Assembly (NCBI GenBank): GCA_963830915.1
Contig: CAWHOE010000047.1
Span: forward strand, 1 to 64,000
Source: a candidate division FCPU426 bacterium
Lineage (GTDB): Bacteria > Oederibacteriota > Muellerivitia > Muellerivitales > Muellerivitaceae
Length of the DNA stretch: 64,000 bases
Reading direction: 5' to 3'
The translations under genes were made by a program, and so were the position numbers. Below are positions 61,206-64,000 of this stretch, piece by piece. The stretch's first letter is position 1. Every line of letters begins with the position of its first letter. Below the pieces are notes generated by a model. It did not search any database. It was not told the DNA's origin and saw only the letters and a program-made list of their open reading frames with translations.

Positions 61206-61736
61206 TTATACCCCTTTATTGCTTCCTATAAATTTAGCTATTACTTTTTTGTTGGCTTCTATAACTTTCTCAAAGGCTGGCATTTTCGAGTTAAATATAA
61301 AATCGTAGTTAGCATCTTTAGCCTTAAATTGATTCACACCATAAGCGATGCTATTAGCCGGTATATTTTTTGTGATTATCGCGCCTGCCGCCACGACAGA
61401 ATTTTCACCAATTATTATCGGTCCAAATATTTTCGCTCCATCAGCGATGATCACGTTTTTACTGATGATCGGATTACCGATATTTTCCCATTCATTGCTC
61501 ACTTTGTTGAATTTCAGATTTGCCCCAATACTAACATTTTGAAAAATCACGACGTTTTCGCAAATTTTTGAGGCAACGATCGTGCACCCTCGCGCGTGAT
61601 GAGCGAACAATACACTTTCGTCTATTTCAGTGCAGTTAATTTCACAGCCATAAAATTTTTCCAGTAAGTTGGCAGCCGCTTGTTTTAGAATTTTATGTTT
61701 AGAGAAACAATTTATTTTTAATAATCTATCAAACAT
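61206..61736 (-). CDS. Hexapeptide-repeat acetyltransferase (serine acetyltransferase-like)
   Basis: HHARGCTI, IFQNVSIG, GAKIFGPIIIGENSVVAAGAIITKNIP; AT-rich. Confidence 0.8.
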   Translation of the reverse strand: MFDRLLKINCFSKHKILKQAAANLLEKFYGCEINCTEIDESVLFAHHARGCTIVASKICENVVIFQNVSIGANLKFNKVSNEWENIGNPIISKNVIIADGAKIFGPIIIGENSVVAAGAIITKNIPANSIAYGVNQFKAKDANYDFIFNSKMPAFEKVIEANKKVIAKFIGSNKGV

Positions 61737-61896
61737 ATTTATAACAATCCTTTCTATGAAGCTCTTTTGGGTTTAGGTCAAATAAACACTTACTCAGCCC
61801 TTGCCGCCGAAATATCTCAAGTTTAAATGGGGTTTTCATAATCCGATGCGGGGCCCCGTCGTGAACAATTTTTTTCTCTTTTTTTATGACCTCAGC

Positions 61897-63021
61897 TTAA
61901 TTCTTCAACAAATCCTTCAATAGGTTTATTTTTCTTAAAATAATATTGTTTGGTAATCGAACATGACGTGGTTTATTAAGATTATTCGTGATTTTGTATT
62001 CTGTCATATCACTGTCCGCCATTTCGTAATACTTTAGTGCGGTTTTGAAATCATTCTTCAGGTAATAATAATCACCAAGATAGGAATGAAACCGATACTT
62101 AGCCGAACGATCTTCAGGGAGCCATTTCCTTAATTCTTCCAGTCCCGCCGACTCATTACCCGTTTCTAAATAAGCGTAGCTTCTAAAAAGGCCCGTCAAA
62201 TAAATTAACCCAGAAACATCATCAGGATTTTTAGCGATTTTTTTGTTTAAGCTCCAAATCCGGTCATAAAGCTTGATTCCCTCTTGTACCCTGCCGGCAT
62301 AGATGAAAGGCATGAGCCCTTTGGAACAAATTTGAATTGTAATCTCCGGGTTACCTTTCTTTCTGTTTATAAACTTCAATGTATTCTCTATGGAGTCCTG
62401 ATAAATTTCTGGATATTTGTAATTACTGGGAACCATCAAGCCCTTTTGATAAGTGTAAATATCCGGGCCTTCATCTCCATAACTTCCTACGGGGACCAAT
62501 AGAGCATTCACGCCATCCTTCATGGTTTTCACTTGGGCGGATTGAATATTGACGCTTTCGATTTCCTGGAATGTTTTCCCATCCCAACGGTAAACATACG
62601 TATTGGCCCCAGTCGCCCCATAGACGCAATTTAATATAAGAAATGATTGTTTCGGGTTTTCTGGGTCCAGCGGCGAGGCCTCAATTCTAATCTTGTAAAT
62701 ATCTGGATAACGAAAACATCCGATTGTTTCGGGTTTACTCGTAGATTTCATCCGTTTAAGGGTAAGGCTCGTATATTCGGCGCCTTGCTGAGTCCAATGA
62801 GTGACGGTTTCCGTTTTTATATTTACTAAATTTCCATCCCCCAGAAGATCCAAATCAATTGAATTGTTAATTACTTGTAGCTTTTCTTTATCATTTTCTT
62901 GGATAGTTGGACTTTGGGATGGGAAACTGGACGATGGTTTTGGGTCTGTTGAATCGGCGGAAACAATACCAACAATAAGGCAAATGACCAATGCCCAAAT
63001 ATATTTTTGGAAAAATATCAT
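61897..63021 (-). CDS. AT-rich secreted hypothetical protein with C-terminal TPR-like helices
   Basis: Signal-like N-terminus, DLLGDG, LGDYYY...ALKYYEMA. Confidence 0.6.
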   Translation of the reverse strand: MIFFQKYIWALVICLIVGIVSADSTDPKPSSSFPSQSPTIQENDKEKLQVINNSIDLDLLGDGNLVNIKTETVTHWTQQGAEYTSLTLKRMKSTSKPETIGCFRYPDIYKIRIEASPLDPENPKQSFLILNCVYGATGANTYVYRWDGKTFQEIESVNIQSAQVKTMKDGVNALLVPVGSYGDEGPDIYTYQKGLMVPSNYKYPEIYQDSIENTLKFINRKKGNPEITIQICSKGLMPFIYAGRVQEGIKLYDRIWSLNKKIAKNPDDVSGLIYLTGLFRSYAYLETGNESAGLEELRKWLPEDRSAKYRFHSYLGDYYYLKNDFKTALKYYEMADSDMTEYKITNNLNKPRHVRLPNNIILRKINLLKDLLKN

Positions 63022-63211
63022 TCTAGTAACTTTCCATTCAATACCGTTTCCATTGTCCACGATGGGTCCCTGTCGTGGACATCTAAAACCTCAGATTAAA
63101 GCCCCAACTTTTTTAGAAGTTGGGCCGTGGTGTACCACTCAATGCCGGTTCCTTCAAAATCCCCGTCATTTGATCAAATGGGCATTTCCAACTCCAGAGC
63201 CAAAGCCATAG

Positions 63212-63238
63212 GAAAAAGTCCGTCTCTCGGACTTTTTC
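63212..63238 (-). terminator. Hairpin downstream of the PIN toxin gene
   Basis: GAAAAAGTCCG-TCTCT-CGGACTTTTTC. Confidence 0.7.
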
Positions 63239-63247
63239 AACATCCTG

Positions 63248-63664
63248 TTAAAAGGGATTTTTAACCGTGAGGTCACCGAACTTCCTTCCGGCCTGAAAGT
63301 CCTCCGTCAACAATAGCCGGGCTCCACTCCTTTGGGCTGAAACGACAATCAGGGCGTCCCAAAAGGAGATCTTGGCCCGTTCCTCCAGTTGTGCCGCCTC
63401 AGCCACCATTCCCCCATGAATGCTCACCGTATCCCAGGAAAGATATTGGGAAATCAATTCCAAGCCCCGCTTTTTGGTCAGGGGCTTCGGGATTTTGCGG
63501 GTCACATTGACATAAAATTCCTCCAACACCTGGGCGCTCAAGACCCCACCATTGTTCTCCCATAGTTCAACCACCGCTTTACGGGCCTTTTGGTGCTTCT
63601 CCCCCGCATCCCGGTCATAAGCGTAGAGCAGGATGTTCGTGTCCACAAATGTCTTAACGCTCAT
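63248..63664 (-). CDS. PIN-domain (VapC-like) toxin
   Basis: FVDTNILLYA, QVLEEF, SFWDALIV, LLTEDF. Confidence 0.92.
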   Translation of the reverse strand: MSVKTFVDTNILLYAYDRDAGEKHQKARKAVVELWENNGGVLSAQVLEEFYVNVTRKIPKPLTKKRGLELISQYLSWDTVSIHGGMVAEAAQLEERAKISFWDALIVVSAQRSGARLLLTEDFQAGRKFGDLTVKNPF

Positions 63665-63884
63665 GAAGGCTTTCCCGAGAGCTGCGCTTACCGCCGAAAG
63701 CTAGCCCTTTTTCCATCGCCTCAAGCGCTTTCACCTTGGATTCCTGGTAAAACTGTTCCTCCGCTGCCATCTTTTGGATATAAGCCGCCAATAAACCCGT
63801 TATGGAGGTTTCATGATGGGCGGCTAGTATCTTTGCCTTCTTGATGAGGTCTTTGTCCAGGCTCAAGGTTAAGTTTTGTTTCAC
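63654..63884 (-). CDS. Ribbon-helix-helix antitoxin (DUF6364-like)
   Basis: MKQNLTLSLDKDLIKKAK...SRESLHER, overlapping the PIN gene. Confidence 0.85.
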   Translation of the reverse strand: MKQNLTLSLDKDLIKKAKILAAHHETSITGLLAAYIQKMAAEEQFYQESKVKALEAMEKGLAFGGKRSSRESLHER

Positions 63885-64000
63885 GGGAGACTCCTTTGCA
63901 CGTAATTATGTGTATCACGTGAAAGAACTTTTATCAAGTTCAAACAGACGGGTTTATCCGCTTTCCCAGGAAGTCTGTGGATGTTTAAGAAAATCTGCCT

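Overview
A bacterial chromosomal segment from a diderm organism, probably metagenome-assembled and carrying several single-base indels. The first ~425 bp is much more GC-rich and looks like a fragment of a different genome joined at a chimeric junction. Core genes include mreB-mreC-mreD-mrdA-rodA, thrS-infC-rpmI-rplT-(TrmH-family)-pheS with no pheT after it, tRNA-Val/Cys/Gly and a Uup-type ABC-F. A candidate L20-leader attenuator lies upstream of infC, which probably starts at ATT. Accessory content: (1) a Tad/Flp pilus cluster with an extra unannotated 56-aa pilin, a TadZ-TadA fusion and no tadB/tadC; (2) two secreted proteins with Thr/Pro linkers and T9SS-like C-terminal Ig domains, one translationally coupled to a PorV-like barrel bearing FN3 domains; (3) an ECF sigma/ZAS anti-sigma pair divergent from msrAB-dipZ-Met-rich peptide, which looks like a complete periplasmic oxidant-sink system; (4) glycosyltransferases, a PIN toxin-antitoxin pair, AT-rich patches and several non-coding repeats. 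No CRISPR array, integrase, transposase or rRNA gene was seen. All family calls come from motif recognition by eye, with no database search.
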